Assembly: GCF_009914755.1 (NCBI RefSeq)
Contig: NC_060931.1
Length of the DNA stretch: 64,000 nt
Origin: the human T2T-CHM13v2.0 reference genome, Homo sapiens
Strand: one strand, 5' to 3'
In this document: in pieces, positions 25,153 to 37,640 of the stretch
How positions within the stretch are numbered: position 1 is the stretch's first letter
Layout of the letters: every line of letters starts with the position of its first letter
Notes under the pieces: generated by a model
Databases searched by the model: none
Told to the model about the DNA's origin: nothing
The model's input: the letters and a program-made list of their open reading frames with translations, nothing else
Translations under genes and position numbers: made by a program

Positions 25153-26969
25153 TTACAATCCCTGCACGCTCCCGTTGTCACTTCAATGTGCAACTATCAC
25201 TTCAGGATAGTGCTGGCACTACCCAAAATAGTTGACCATAGAACCACCAGTTCTGACCAATTCTTAAACTACTTTACTACCTTTTCTTTTTCTCCAGCCT
25301 CTGACTTCACTGTCAATTATTTTTCCCTAGTTGTGGTCTTGCTTCACTCTTTGGATCTGTTGTACATTGCACTGCTGTTGTTGTTCTTTTAGCTCCTTCC
25401 TTGGTTACCATTCAACTATGATTTGAGATCTCTCCCAGGGTAACCTGTGCCCAATTCCAGCATGAAGCAACAAAAAAATGCTGAAATTACTTACCCAACT
25501 TTTCAATTACCCTCTCATCATAGAAAGCTATATGGGAGCCATGAATTATTCTCAATTGAATTCCACAATTCTGGATAAAAATAATGAGTCTTCTCTCACA
25601 ATATGAACAAAATGGGTATAATATTAAATATTAACATATTCTTATCACTTCCAGTTTTAATTACTTCAATAGAAAGCAGATGAAACAGAACCTATGGAGT
25701 TGACATTTATGGTTGCTAATTTAGAAAATAACTCATTGAGCTTTTATCTATTATTCACTAAATATCTCTATAAATATATGTGGCATTTACAGTCTGAAAG
25801 AGTTGGTTGGCAGGGCTGAGTGACACCCAAGTTTATTTTAAATCAGGGCTTCCAGCTTGGGAGTCTTCATGTAAAGAATTCATTTATGGCTATTTTTGCT
25901 TAGTGCCAACGGGAATGGAAAATCACGGAGTGTGTATCTTTGTTTTAGTGCTTCTGGGAGGCATACTGCAAATTAAGATGACAGATGGGAAGAACCACTA
26001 TTGACTTGGAGTAATTTAGAGAAGGTTGCCAAGAGCCCGTTAATTTTGTGTTTCAGAAGTTTAGGCACCAGCTTGAAAATAATAAATTAACTGTGCTAAA
26101 GTAATGAAAACGCTTTGCTTTTTTACAATGGAGAAAAATACAAATAATATACATCTATTGTTAACACCCAGCCTAATGGATGTTTAACCCTTTTTTTAAT
26201 ATCCTAGCAGTTTATAAGTTATGATACCCCTACTCTGACATTGAAATGAATTGTAATTAAGGACATTTGGGAATTCCAAAGGACACTTTTGATGCTGAAA
26301 TTATTCCAATTCTTATCATAATATAACATTTCTCAAATCTGAGAGAAGAAAATTTGCATATATTTACTGTGTAGAATTCTTATTCTCTAGATCTAATAAG
26401 CTCTTACACGACCAATGTTCATTAGGATGGATTAAATGCAGTAGATGATCAAGAAACAGTGAATAGAGTGAGAAGGAACTCCACAGGGCTATACAAGGAC
26501 AAACTGCACTAGACAAGAAATGTTATCCAAGCTTCTCCTCCTTAGAAAGAGCAAATTTTCTTGAATGTCACAAAGATTCAGGCCCTATTTCTGTAAGGCC
26601 CCTTGATCTACCTTTTACTGAGATTCCTACATGGATTTTAAATCCTGATTTCATCGCTGATTTTCTGCGTAAACCTGAGGCACTATGACATAATTAATGG
26701 TAACAGATTCCAGGGTCCAAAGTCATGCTGTCAAATCAAAGCTCTATTGCTCAGTAACTGTCTAGATTCTGTGAGGTTCAGTTTTCTCCTTTACACACAC
26801 AGTGCTGTGAGAATAAAAGATGTGAAAAGTTGTGAGAGTGTCCAGCAAGGAACACAGGAGTCTATTATTAAGGGTTAGTTTTCCGCGGCTCTGAGCAATG
26901 CATCATTAGCACAATACTTTTTAATACCACCCACTTCTCATAAGAGAAGAGTATTCACTACTGCATCAG

Positions 26970-27310
26970 TGCACCATGTCAGCTATAGTTAATAACAATA
27001 TATTATATACTTGAAAATTACTAACAGCATAGATTTTAAGGGTTCTCACTACAAAAAAAATGATAACTATGTGAGGTAATGCATATGTTAATTAATTTGA
27101 TTTAGCATTCAACAATGTATACATACGTTAATACACCATGTACACTATAAATATATAAACTTTTATATAGGAAGGAAAATGTGGGAAAGTTTATATATAA
27201 ATATATAAATACACCATGTACACTATAAATATATACATATATACACTATACATATAAATATATGTAATTTTTATCAAGTTAATTTATTAAATTTTTAAAA
27301 TAAAAATGAA
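26970..27310 (+). mobile_element. L1MA 3' UTR fragment (L1MA4-like) with an internal rearrangement
   Basis: ctatagttaataacaat...gataactatgtgaggtaatgcatatgttaatt; 28-bp duplication inside. Confidence 0.75.
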
Positions 27311-27801
27311 AAATAATTTATCAAATGAAGCAACTATTATTTTCACTCCTTCTTCATTGATAACCTCTGTCCTTTCCCACAATATTACCAAGAATAAAGA
27401 ATTAAGAATGAAGTGTTAGAAGATCAACATGTACTAAAATGTGAGCTCCATAAAGTCAGTGGCATATTCATCTTTCATTCCTACAGGCTACACATTTTGT
27501 TCATGTTATTTCTTGAATAAATGAGTAAACTTAAATGTGAGGTGTTATCACCAGGCTTATAAAGCAAAGTACAAGTAAAGAATAGGAAACCTTCTGCATC
27601 ACACCAGTTCAATTGTCTCAGGAAAAAAGAGACCCATGGCATACACAAAAAGCCATGGATGGCACCAAGAGTTGTTTGTCACATCAGCATAGTGGTGACT
27701 AGGCTCAGGTTCCTCAGGGGTTCTCTCTTAGATAAGATCATGGCCAAACCCATGGGCTTTGAAACCAAGCATATCTCAGGTTGGAGTCCTGGCTCTACCA
27801 C

Positions 27802-28212
27802 TCTGTTAGTCTGTTCTCACACTGCTATAAGGAAATATCTGAGACTGGGTAATTTTTTTTTAAGAGGTTTAACTGGCTCACAGTTCCACAGGCTGTACAG
27901 GAAGGATGATTCTGGCAACTGCTCCATTTCTGGAGAGGCCTCAGGAAACTTACATTGGTAGAAGGCAAAGGGGGAGCAGGCACATTACATGACCAGAGCA
28001 AGAGTGAGGGAGGGGGGGAGGTGCCACACATTTTAAACAACTAGATCTCATGAGAACTCACTATCACAAGAACAGCACTGAGAGGATGATGTCAAACAAT
28101 TCATGAGAAGCTGCCCCTATAAGCCAATCACCTCCCACCAGGCCCCACCTCCAACACTGGAGATTATAATTTGATATGAGATTTGGTGAGGATTTGGATC
28201 AAAACCATATCA
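27802..28212 (-). mobile_element. MSTA solo LTR (MaLR)
   Basis: gagactgggtaattt...ggctcacagttccacaggctgtacagg...caatcacctcccaccaggccccacctccaac...aaaccatatca. Confidence 0.85.
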
Positions 28213-28339
28213 ACTGCTTTTCTACCTGTCACTTTGAGCATGATACTTGGATATGGTTTGACTGTGCCCCCACCAAAATCTCATTTTGAATTGTAACTCC
28301 CACAATTCCCACGTGTTGTGGGAGGGACACAGTGGAAGG

Positions 28340-28350
28340 TAATTGAATCA
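28340..28350 (+). promoter_or_regulatory. DUX4-type motif TAATTGAATCA in the THE1B 5' LTR (second copy 30263-30273)
   Basis: Exact 11-mers read from the sequence. Confidence 0.55.
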
Positions 28351-30395
28351 AGGAGGCAGTCTTCCTCACACTATTCTGGTGACAGTGAATAAGTCTCACA
28401 AGATCTGATGGTTTTAAAAAGGGGAGTTTCCCTGAACAAGCTCTCTTCTTTTGTCTGCTGCCATGTGAGACAAGCCTTTCACCTTCCACCATGATTGTGA
28501 GACCTCCACAGCCACATGAATTGTAAGTCCATTCAACCTCTTTCTTTTGTAAATTGCCCAGTCTCAGGTATGTCTCTATCAGCAGCATGAAAATGGACTA
28601 ATACAGAAAATTGGTGCCAGTAGAGTAGGGAGCTACTGTAAAGATACCCTAAAATATGGAAGCAACTTTGGAATTAGGTAACAGGCAGAGGTTGGAGAAC
28701 GTTGGAAGGCTCAGAAGAAGGAAGGAAAATGTGGGAAAGTTTGGAACTTCCTAGAGACTTGTTGAATGGCTTTGCCCAAAATGCTGATAGTGATATGGAC
28801 AATGAGGTTCAGGCTGAGGTGGTCTCAGATGGAAATGAGGAACTTGGGAACTGGAGCAAAGGTGACTCTTGTTATGTTTTAGCAAAGAGAATAGTGGCAT
28901 TTTACCCCTGCGGTAGAGAATTGTGGAACTTTGAACTTGAGAGAGTTGATTTAGGGTATCTGGTGGAAGAAATTTCTAAGCAGCGAAGCATTCAAGATGT
29001 GACTTGAGTGCTGTTAAAGGCATTCAGTTTTATAAGGGAAGCAGAGCATAAAAGTTCAGTAAAGTTGCAGCCTGACAATATGATAGAAAAGAAAATCTTA
29101 TTTTCTGAGAAGAAATTCAAGTTGGCTGCAGAAATCTGCGTAAGTAATGAAGAGCCAAATGTTAACCCCAAGACAATGGGGAAAATGTATCCAGGGCATA
29201 TCAGAAGTCTTTATGGCAGTCCCTCCCATTACAGACCCAGAGGCCTAGGAGGCAGAAATGGTTTCGCGGGCCATCCCCATGCTATGTGCAGCCTAGAGAC
29301 TTCATGCCTTGTGTCCCAGCCACTCCAGCTGTGGCTGAATGGGGCCAATGTAGAGCTCAGGCCATGGCTTCAGAGGATGCAAGCCCCAAAGCTTGGCAGT
29401 TTCCACATGGTGTTGAACCTATGTGTGCGCAGAAGTCAATAATTGGGGTTTGGGAACCTCCACCTAGATGTCAGAGGACGTATAGAAATGACTGGATGCC
29501 CAGGAAAAAGTTTGCTGCAGGGGCAGGACCCTCATGGAGAACCTCTGCTAGGGCAGTGTGGAAAGGAAATGTGGGATTGAATCTCCTACACAGAGTTGCT
29601 ACTGGGGCACTGCTTAGTGAAGCTGTGAGAAGAGGGCCACTGTCCTCTAGACTCCAGAAGAGTAGATCCACTGACAGCTTGCACTGGGCATGTGGAAAAG
29701 CCACAGACACTCAATTCCAGCCCTTGAAGGCAGTCAGGATAGAGGCTGTACCCTGCAAAGCCAAAGGAGTGGAGCTGCCCAAGACCATGGGAACCCACCT
29801 CTTGCATCAGCATGACCTGGATGTGAGACATGGAGTCAAAGGAGATCATTCTGGAAGTTTAAGATTTGACTCCCCCACTTGATTTCAGACTTGCATGGGA
29901 CCTGTAACCCCTTTGTTTTGGCCAATTTATCCCATTTGGAATGACTGTATTTACCCAATGCCCATACCCCCATTGTATCCAGGAAGTAAGTAACTTGTTT
30001 TTGATTTTACAGGTTCATAGGCAGAAGAGACTTGCTTTGTCTCAGATGAGACTTTGGATTGTGGACTTTTGAGTTAATGCTGAAATTAGTTAAGACTTTG
30101 GGGACTGTTGTGAAGGCATGATTGGTTTTGAAATGTGAGGACATGATATTTGGGAGGGACCAGGGCTGGAATAATATGGTTTGACTGTGCCCCCACCAAA
30201 ATCTCATCTTGAGTTGTAACTCCCACAATTCCCACATGTTGTGGGAGGGACCCAGTGGGAAATAATTGAATCATGGGGGTGGGTCTTTCCCATGCTATTC
30301 TCATGACAGTGAATATGTCTCACAAGATCTGCTGGTTTTAGGGGAGTTTCTACATACAAGCTGTCTTCTCTTGTCTGCCACCATGTGAGACATGC

Positions 30396-30511
30396 CTTTC
30401 ACCTTCCACCATGATTGTGAGGCCTTCCCAGCCACATAGAACTCTAAGTCCACTTTCACCTTCCACCATGATTGTGAAGCCTTCCCAGCCACATAGAACT
30501 ATAAGTCCACT
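30396..30511 (+). repeat. 57-bp tandem duplication in the THE1B 3' LTR
   Basis: Copies start at 30396 and 30453; two mismatches seen. Confidence 0.95.
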
Positions 30512-30898
30512 AAACATCTTTCTTTATAAATTACCCAGTCTCAGGTATGTCTTTATCAGCAGCATGAAAATGGACTAATATAATACTTATGCCCTGTAAG
30601 ACTTGATCTCATCCGGAAAATTAACATAATTATAGGAGATAGTTCATGAAGTTGTTTTGGAAAATAAGTGAGATACTATATATAAAGTGTTGTCTATAGT
30701 TAATGAAATGTAAACATTCTTAAATACTAGCTATCATTATCATTTTTATTGAGAACATTATAGTTTCCTTTGGTGCTGGTTCAAAGAGTTTCAATGTAAT
30801 AGAAACATTTTTTATAGAAAATCATTCCACTGCTTAAGTAGTCACGTTAGCTTTTTTATTTACCCCTAGACATTGACTTTCTAATTCACCTTTCTCAG

Positions 30899-30960
30899 AT
30901 CTAGTACCTCCTGCTGGCCTTGGTCAACAACTCACTGTGCTTTTGTATGCTGGAATCCTG
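30899..30960 (+). other. Candidate 62-bp exon (probably non-coding)
   Basis: ttctaat branch-like site, cctttctcag acceptor, CTG|gtaagg donor; no transcript evidence available. Confidence 0.3.
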
Positions 30961-32079
30961 GTAAGGCTTTAGTTGTTCCTGATTCCTTTCAGTGCCTTGC
31001 TCTTAGTTTCACTTCTCCCTTTGGTGACCATCTCAAAACCATACCCTGTGCCCCAGTCATACAGGGACAGTCATCCTGCCTGGACAAAATCTGATTAATA
31101 GAAACATTTCTCCCATATTCAGTTTTTACAATTCTAATTTTTTATTACCAATAGTGTCAAATTAATTAATTAATCTCCTCCTTCATCTCAGAAAACATTA
31201 ACAACTTTGAAACAATATATGGTTATCCCTTCAGTACTTAAACTATTCTAATTTACATGGCATGAAATGTCAGCTACTAAAATGAAATTTTATTTCTGAG
31301 GAAGCATTGCTCTTAATTCTAAAGGTCCCAATTGGTAAAATGCTGCAAAAATACGTTTTACCTGTACAATGTATTCTGTAACTAACCAGTAACTTCTCAA
31401 ACATCACTTATCATATTCTCCAAAAACATATTTAGTTTTAAAATCCATTCATTACATAAATGTATCATTGGGAAAATTGATCTGTAGGTCTTTAGGATGT
31501 CTTACCTAAAATCTTAGTTACATCTTATAAACGAAGGAATGTTTCACACCACATATGCTGAAACTTGTTTCTTTGAAATTTGAAAAAAAATTTACACTTA
31601 TCAAAAGGAAGCTACATTTTAGTGTTGCTTATTGGAAATTTTACCATATAATTTCTTCTTTTAAGGTAGGAAAGACTAAAAATTATCAGATGAGATTTCA
31701 CTTTTTTATTCCTTAAAAATAAAGCTTGTGAACAAATCAAGTATACAAAGAGCTCCCACGGAATGTGTTAAACTCTAGGCTCCCTGGTGGGATAGATGTA
31801 AAGAAGACTTCAGTTTACTTTTAAGAAAAAGATGAGAGGTTAATGCTGATAGAGCATAAAAAGAGGAAATTTCAAAATAAAAGTGCTACTACATAGCTCC
31901 CTAGGTATTTCATCAACATTGAAAATTATATCATCTCTGCTTATTATTTTAAGAATGTGTGTTCTCAAATACAAGAAAGTCCAATATAAATTGTGCCATC
32001 CTTTACCTGTATGTATGTGTGTGTATATGCATACACGTATCTATTCCTAGAAAAAGAATAATTGCAAAATGTGAAATGC

Positions 32080-32435
32080 TCTTATGGATTGAATGTGTGT
32101 GACCCCGTCCCCCCCTTTTTTATGTTAAAATCTTAACTCCCAATGTGATGATATTAGATAGGAACTTTGGGAAGTAAGTAGATCATGAGGATGGAGCACT
32201 TATGAATGGGATTAATGCCCTTCTAAGAAGAAAAATAAGAGCTTGCTCTAGCTCTCTGTTCTCTGACATGTGAGAATACAAGGAGAAGATAGTAATCTGC
32301 ACAATAGGAAGTGTGCCCTAACCAAACACTGGATCTTTTGGCACTATAGCCTCCAGAACTGTGAGAATACATGTGTGTAGTTTAAGCCACTCATTCTGTA
32401 GTAATTTGTTATAGCAGCTCAAATGGACTAAGACA
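32080..32435 (+). mobile_element. MLT1A/MLT1A0 solo LTR
   Basis: atgaatgggattaatgccctt...gcctccagaactgtgag...gttatagcagc...gactaagaca. Confidence 0.8.
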
Positions 32436-32829
32436 AATAGGAAAGTTCTGTGTTATCTCCCCAGAAACCTAGTCAAAAAGATAATCAGAAAAGAACAAAA
32501 TCTAATTTCAGTCCAGTTTTCAGAGGGCAAAATCAAATATAAATTGTAGTTAACCTGAAGAAAAGGTCAACTCTTTCCAGAGATAACACTCATGAATATC
32601 TTCTCAAAATCTAAGGAGGATGTCAAGACTATATTATACCTACAGATGTACCTTTAGCCCAAATCTTCTCTAAAGCCTGAGCACCTTGAATCTAGACATC
32701 TACTTTGGTGAAAGCCAAGTACAGTCATAATTTCGAAACTATTAGGTTCCAGCGATCAAAATCCTAAATCGTACTTTGGTCACAACTAAACCTTTTCATT
32801 CTTATCCAAATATCTTTCTTTTCCTCTGT

Positions 32830-34100
32830 ACCCTCAGTCCACTCTGGTAAATGTCTCCTCATCTTGTCACTGATATTTGACACATTTGGTTAATTCTTTC
32901 TCCTTGAAATACTTAATGTAGCTGTCTTGACACCACACTTTTCTGACTTTCCTCCCACTGAACTGGCCGCTACATCCTAGTCTGGTTGGCAGGATCTTTC
33001 TAATTTACCTGACCACTAAGCAGAATAAATCAGGTCTCAATTTTCCTATATCATCTCTATCTGGACCCACTTTCTAGGTAAACTCCACCAGACCCGTGGC
33101 TTTAAATAGCATCTCTACACCAATTACTTCCAAACGTATATATTTAATGGCCTTTTTGTCACTCTGTGCAATATTCTAAATTAAAATTCTTATTTCCCAT
33201 CTTCTATCCCAATTTGCCCCTCTTCTAGTATCCTCCATTTCATTAAACAAAACTATAACATGTTGGGCATCCCTTATCTGAAATGTTTGAGACTGGAAGT
33301 GTTTCAGATTTTAGATTTTTTTCAGATTTTGAAATGTTTGCATTACATGTTTACCCAGTTGAGGATCTCATATTTGAAAATTCAAACTTTGAAATGCTCC
33401 AGTGGGCATTTCCTTTGAACATTATGTGAGTGCTCAGAAAGTTTTGAATTTTGGAGCATTTCGAATTTCAGATTTTTACATTTAGGATACTCAACCTACA
33501 ATTCACAAAACTGTTTAAAAATACATAAAAATAATCTTTAACAGGTGTCTTTTCAGGATATCTATACCCAATCCATCAGCAATTCTTGTTGTTTCTACCT
33601 TTAAATGTACCCAAATCCACCATTTACAACCATTTCTACTCCTACTTCTCTAGTTCAAGACATCAAAATCTCTTAACCAGAAAAGTGAACCCTCTCGATA
33701 AGTCTCTTTACTGGTCATTACTCCTTCTGCTCTTCATTCCCATTTCTACAAATCACCAAAAGTATCTCTTTTAAAAAGTACATCAGATCGTATCATTTCT
33801 CTGCTTAAAACACCCTAATGTCTTCTTACCTGAATTAAAACAAAATTCAAAGTTTTTACCATGGCTATCAGCCTCTGCATACCTGGCTTCTGCCTATCTT
33901 TTTGATACATGTTTCTCTAGTTTGTTCTGTTCTATCCACATTGGTCTTCTTGCTGTTCCGTTGTTCTTACCACAGAACATTTGCCCTTGCCATGTCTTTT
34001 TGCCTGTACATTTTTCCTGAATGTTCACATGGCTCATTTGATTTAGGTTTCTGCTCAGTGCTACCTTTTAGAGAGCCCTTCTCTGACCAAGTGGTCAGAA
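32830..34100 (+). mobile_element. L2 fragments
   Basis: Pyrimidine-rich L2 motifs (ctccttgaaatact, ccaatccatcagcaa, tctgcttaaaacacc, cagaacatttgcccttgc). Confidence 0.6.
33259..33498 (+). mobile_element. Tigger4a/MER46A MITE
   Basis: catgttgggcatcccttatctgaaatg...tttggagcatttcgaatttcag...ggatactcaaccta terminal inverted repeats. Confidence 0.85.
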
Positions 34101-34177
34101 AACCCTGAGTTTTAAATTCTTTATGTGTGATACCTTGTACAAATCATACAAATTTTCTGGAGTTCAGCTTCCTCTTT

Positions 34178-34667
34178 GTACTAGCTATCTAGTACAAGTT
34201 ATCTAAAAATGAATCAGCTTTTTTTTAAATGATCTTTTATTATCTATTTTCTGTGAGTCAGGAACCCAAGTGCGCTTAGCTGGATGTCTCTGGCTCTGAG
34301 TGTCTTGCAGAGTGAACCAAAGTCTAAGCCAGAGTGCAGTCATCTCAAGGCTCCACAGGGGAAGGTGCACTTCTAAGCCACTTACATGGCTAGGTCCTCA
34401 ATGGCCATTGGCTGAAGATGTCAATTTCTTACCACATAAGTCTTTCCATAGGGCAGTTTACATCACAGAAGCTGGCTTCCCTCAGAGCTAGCCAGTGAAA
34501 CATGAAGAAAAGGCATGCAAAATGGCAGTCACCAACTCAGCAACTTCATCTTGGAAGTGACATCCCATCGTTTTTGCCACATTCTATTCTTTAGAAATGA
34601 GCTACTTACTCCAGCCCACACTTACATAAGTCAATATGGAAGTGTGAACTGTTGGAGGCCTACCACA
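34178..34667 (-). mobile_element. MLT1H-like solo LTR
   Basis: ttctgtgagtcaggaa...cttagctgg...gaagtgacatcccatc...gcctaccaca. Confidence 0.6.
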
Positions 34668-37018
34668 TTTATGTGTAAAGTGGAAATAATATCTGCCTCA
34701 CAAGGTGGGTGGTTATAAAATCACAATATAAATATATTAGACTTATTCGTGCATAACTTAATTCAAATCTTCGTTGCAAACCACGGAACTAATATGTGTA
34801 AGATCAACAGAATAGCTCTCTTGCAGATGAAAAAATTTCTCAGGGCACAGAAATTATTGTTAGAGTTGTAAGCAGAATTCCAAAGATAAAGTGCCTTCTG
34901 TGCCTTACCCACTTATTTATGCTTTGGTTTCTTTACCCATAATGGGTACCAAATAGTACCTTTTCATGCATCCTCCAACAAACTTGTAGATCTCAAGTAT
35001 TACTACTGAAAAAATTTTGAATCCTCATAGGAAAATAGATGCACTTCCAGTATTGAAAATATAATGAGCTTAGCCACAGATTTTTAACTCACAAAGTTAA
35101 AATAATCATAAACTTTAGAACATATATAAAGTCTGAAATACTTGCTGGGAAATTAAACTAACTCTAGGAAAATTAAACGAACAGTATTATTTAGAAATGT
35201 CGTTTATAGGTGTTATTTTAAAAGCATAGCCCTTTCAATCCACTAAAATATTAAGAATTAAAACATTCTAGAAATAGAAGCATAGACAAAGCTATTTTCA
35301 AAAAGCAGTTTCTATAAGCATTTGAATACCCAGAACGTAAGAAGGTTCACAAGAGAAGACTTAAAGATCATAAAATTAGGATTTGGGATCATAAAACTTT
35401 CATTCAAATCCACCACACCTTTCACTCTTATACAAAAATAAATCAATAAATATGTAGCAGCTTACAGTGTGCATAATATACCATACAGAAAATGATTAAT
35501 AAATGAAAAGACAAAAATACCTTAACTAGAAACTCAAAATATAGGTCACAGAATAAGGCATAATTACATAAAATGGTAATTAAAGAAAGGGCTACTATTC
35601 CAAATGTCCACTTGACTCATCACCCCTCAAAGTCCCTATAAGATTAGCCTAAACCTTATTTATCGTCCAGTGGGAAGTTTAATGTCTTCCTCTGAATTTC
35701 TGCCAATTCCCAGCCCTTTCTCCCAGTGGTCTCTGGTTCTGATTTTTCCCTTCTTCTTAATACTCCATCTTCTGCTCAGCTTCTGATGGCTTATTGTTCC
35801 TTCATTTTCTCTGCTCCTCTCTAGCTTTGACACATACCTCCGTTGCTTTCATTTGATTGTCATGTAAACCGTCTGTGTAAAACAAGCCTTTGTGTGTGTA
35901 GCAGGCTTCATCCACAAATGTTTGGGAAGAAGGAAGTTTATATTACAGTCACACAAATGACTGAAAGTTCTATCTTAGACATCTGCTGGGCCATTTCTCT
36001 CAGGGTCCGGCTCCCCTAGTGTTGCGTGTCTCTCTGCTCCTCCCTTCAGTCTGCACTCTTTGGCACTCCCAATTGTGGTTCATTTTTGTCTTTCACTTGT
36101 CCCTTGGTGACACTCATTCTCATGGTCTTATATTCTCTCCCCAAGCAGATGTGAAGTATTTCCTTAGCCAGAAATAGACTTCTTCTTAGGAAAAATTCCA
36201 GTGCTAATTATTCAGAAAATAATGTTTTCACCCTTTCACACCATTTTATATCTTGAGAATACTTTTATGTTTCCAGAGAAGAGAGGACTAAGAGATTAGG
36301 TAAAGTAGGGTGATACAGAAAAGCTTTAAATAGGTGACAGCACTTAAACTAAGTATTAAATGATTAGATAGCCTAAGAAAATGATGATGACAGAGTGTCT
36401 CGGAGCATTCTACATTGAAAACAGGGTAAGCATAATTCACATTGGCACTTGACAATAAATAATATGCCAAACATAAGATTTTGTGCAAACCTAGATACCC
36501 TAAAGGACTTTTCTTTCTTTAATTGTAGCTTTGTCTTCCATGACATAATCCTTGAGGGTATTCTAGGAAGGCCTTAGTATGTGATATTATATGCCTTTAA
36601 TTTTTTCTTTATAACTAGTTTAAAGGTTATGGGTCAAAATAATGCATATAGAGAGAACAATTCAACTTGAATTTTAGTTAAATTGTTTCATAGGGAGGTC
36701 TTAAGAAAGTTGTATGCAGAAGCAAGTCATTAAGATGGAGTATGAACTTATTTTAGCTTTATGGGAGCTTTAGATTATTAACTTTCATCTAGAACCAATT
36801 GCAATACAGCCCTGAATTGTATAAGTGGACGCTCACCTCACATAGATCTGTATTTATTCTGTTTTCCTATTCCCCAGCTAATTTTGATCAATGATGCCTT
36901 AGATCATAAACACTTAGCATGTTATATTGTGCTAAATCATTTTCACTGCTCTACAGTTTGTTCATAAAGCAGTATGTTTGGGGTTTGAGATGATTCCTAG
37001 GTCCCTTTAGTGACAGGA

Positions 37019-37157
37019 GTGGGTGAGAGCCTAGACTGTGGAGCTAGACTGCAGGGTTTGTAGCCCTGATCCATTATTTACTTCCTGTGTTTCCTCAGAA
37101 AACTTATTTACTGCTTCTGTGCTCCAGTCTTCTTCATACGTAAAATGAAAATAACAT
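37019..37157 (+). mobile_element. MIR
   Basis: agactgtggagctagactg...ttctgtgctccagtcttcttcatacgtaaaatg. Confidence 0.65.
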
Positions 37158-37469
37158 CAGTGGGACACAGAAGAGAAGGGTCCACACAGCCAGTTGGAAA
37201 ACACCATAAATATGTGAACCTCATTACTCACTACCTATATTGCACTACGCACCTATGCTTTATGTATATGTGTATGTAACCTCATGATCAACTTTTGTCT
37301 TGACATTTTTTTATCCATATTTTACAAATATCATTTTCCATTTTGTCCTAAAGTAGTTTTTCTGGTAATTCTAAACTCCAAGTCTATCCTTTTTGTCCAA
37401 TTTCTTATGATCATCTTCTAATTTAATTATTGTTTTCTTCACCTCCGTGTCTAAAAAAGTAATTAATTG

Positions 37470-37640
37470 TTAGATTTCAGCACGTGTAATGATCACTTGG
37501 TTTGCTGACTAAAATATGGATTCCTGATCCTCACCCAGGTATCTGAATCAGGATCTATGAAGTGTATCTCAGAAACTTCAAAAGCACTCTGAAGGTGGTT
37601 CTGACACAGGTGGTCCAAAGACACACTTTGAGAAATACTG
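37470..37640. mobile_element. MER5-family MITE
   Basis: gattcctgatcctcaccc...ctgaatcagg...gtggttctgacacaggtggtcc...cacactttgagaaatactg. Confidence 0.65.

Larger units (their letters stand above)
28248..30582 (+). mobile_element. Complete THE1B element (LTR 28248-28605, internal 28606-30171, LTR 30172-30582)
   Basis: Two direct LTRs, THE1 internal sequence, purine tract before the 3' LTR, TSD atact at 28243-28247 and 30583-30587. Confidence 0.93.
27750..30740 (+). mobile_element. MIR split by MSTA and THE1B (pieces ~27750-27801, 28213-28247, 30588-30740)
   Basis: ggctttgaaacc...cctggctctaccac | actttgagcatgatact | ...gagatactatatataaagtg follows MIR order. Confidence 0.5.

Noticed and set aside
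28702-29882. 101, 144 and 198 aa ORFs
   Set aside because: Frameshifted remnants of THE1 internal sequence, not a host gene
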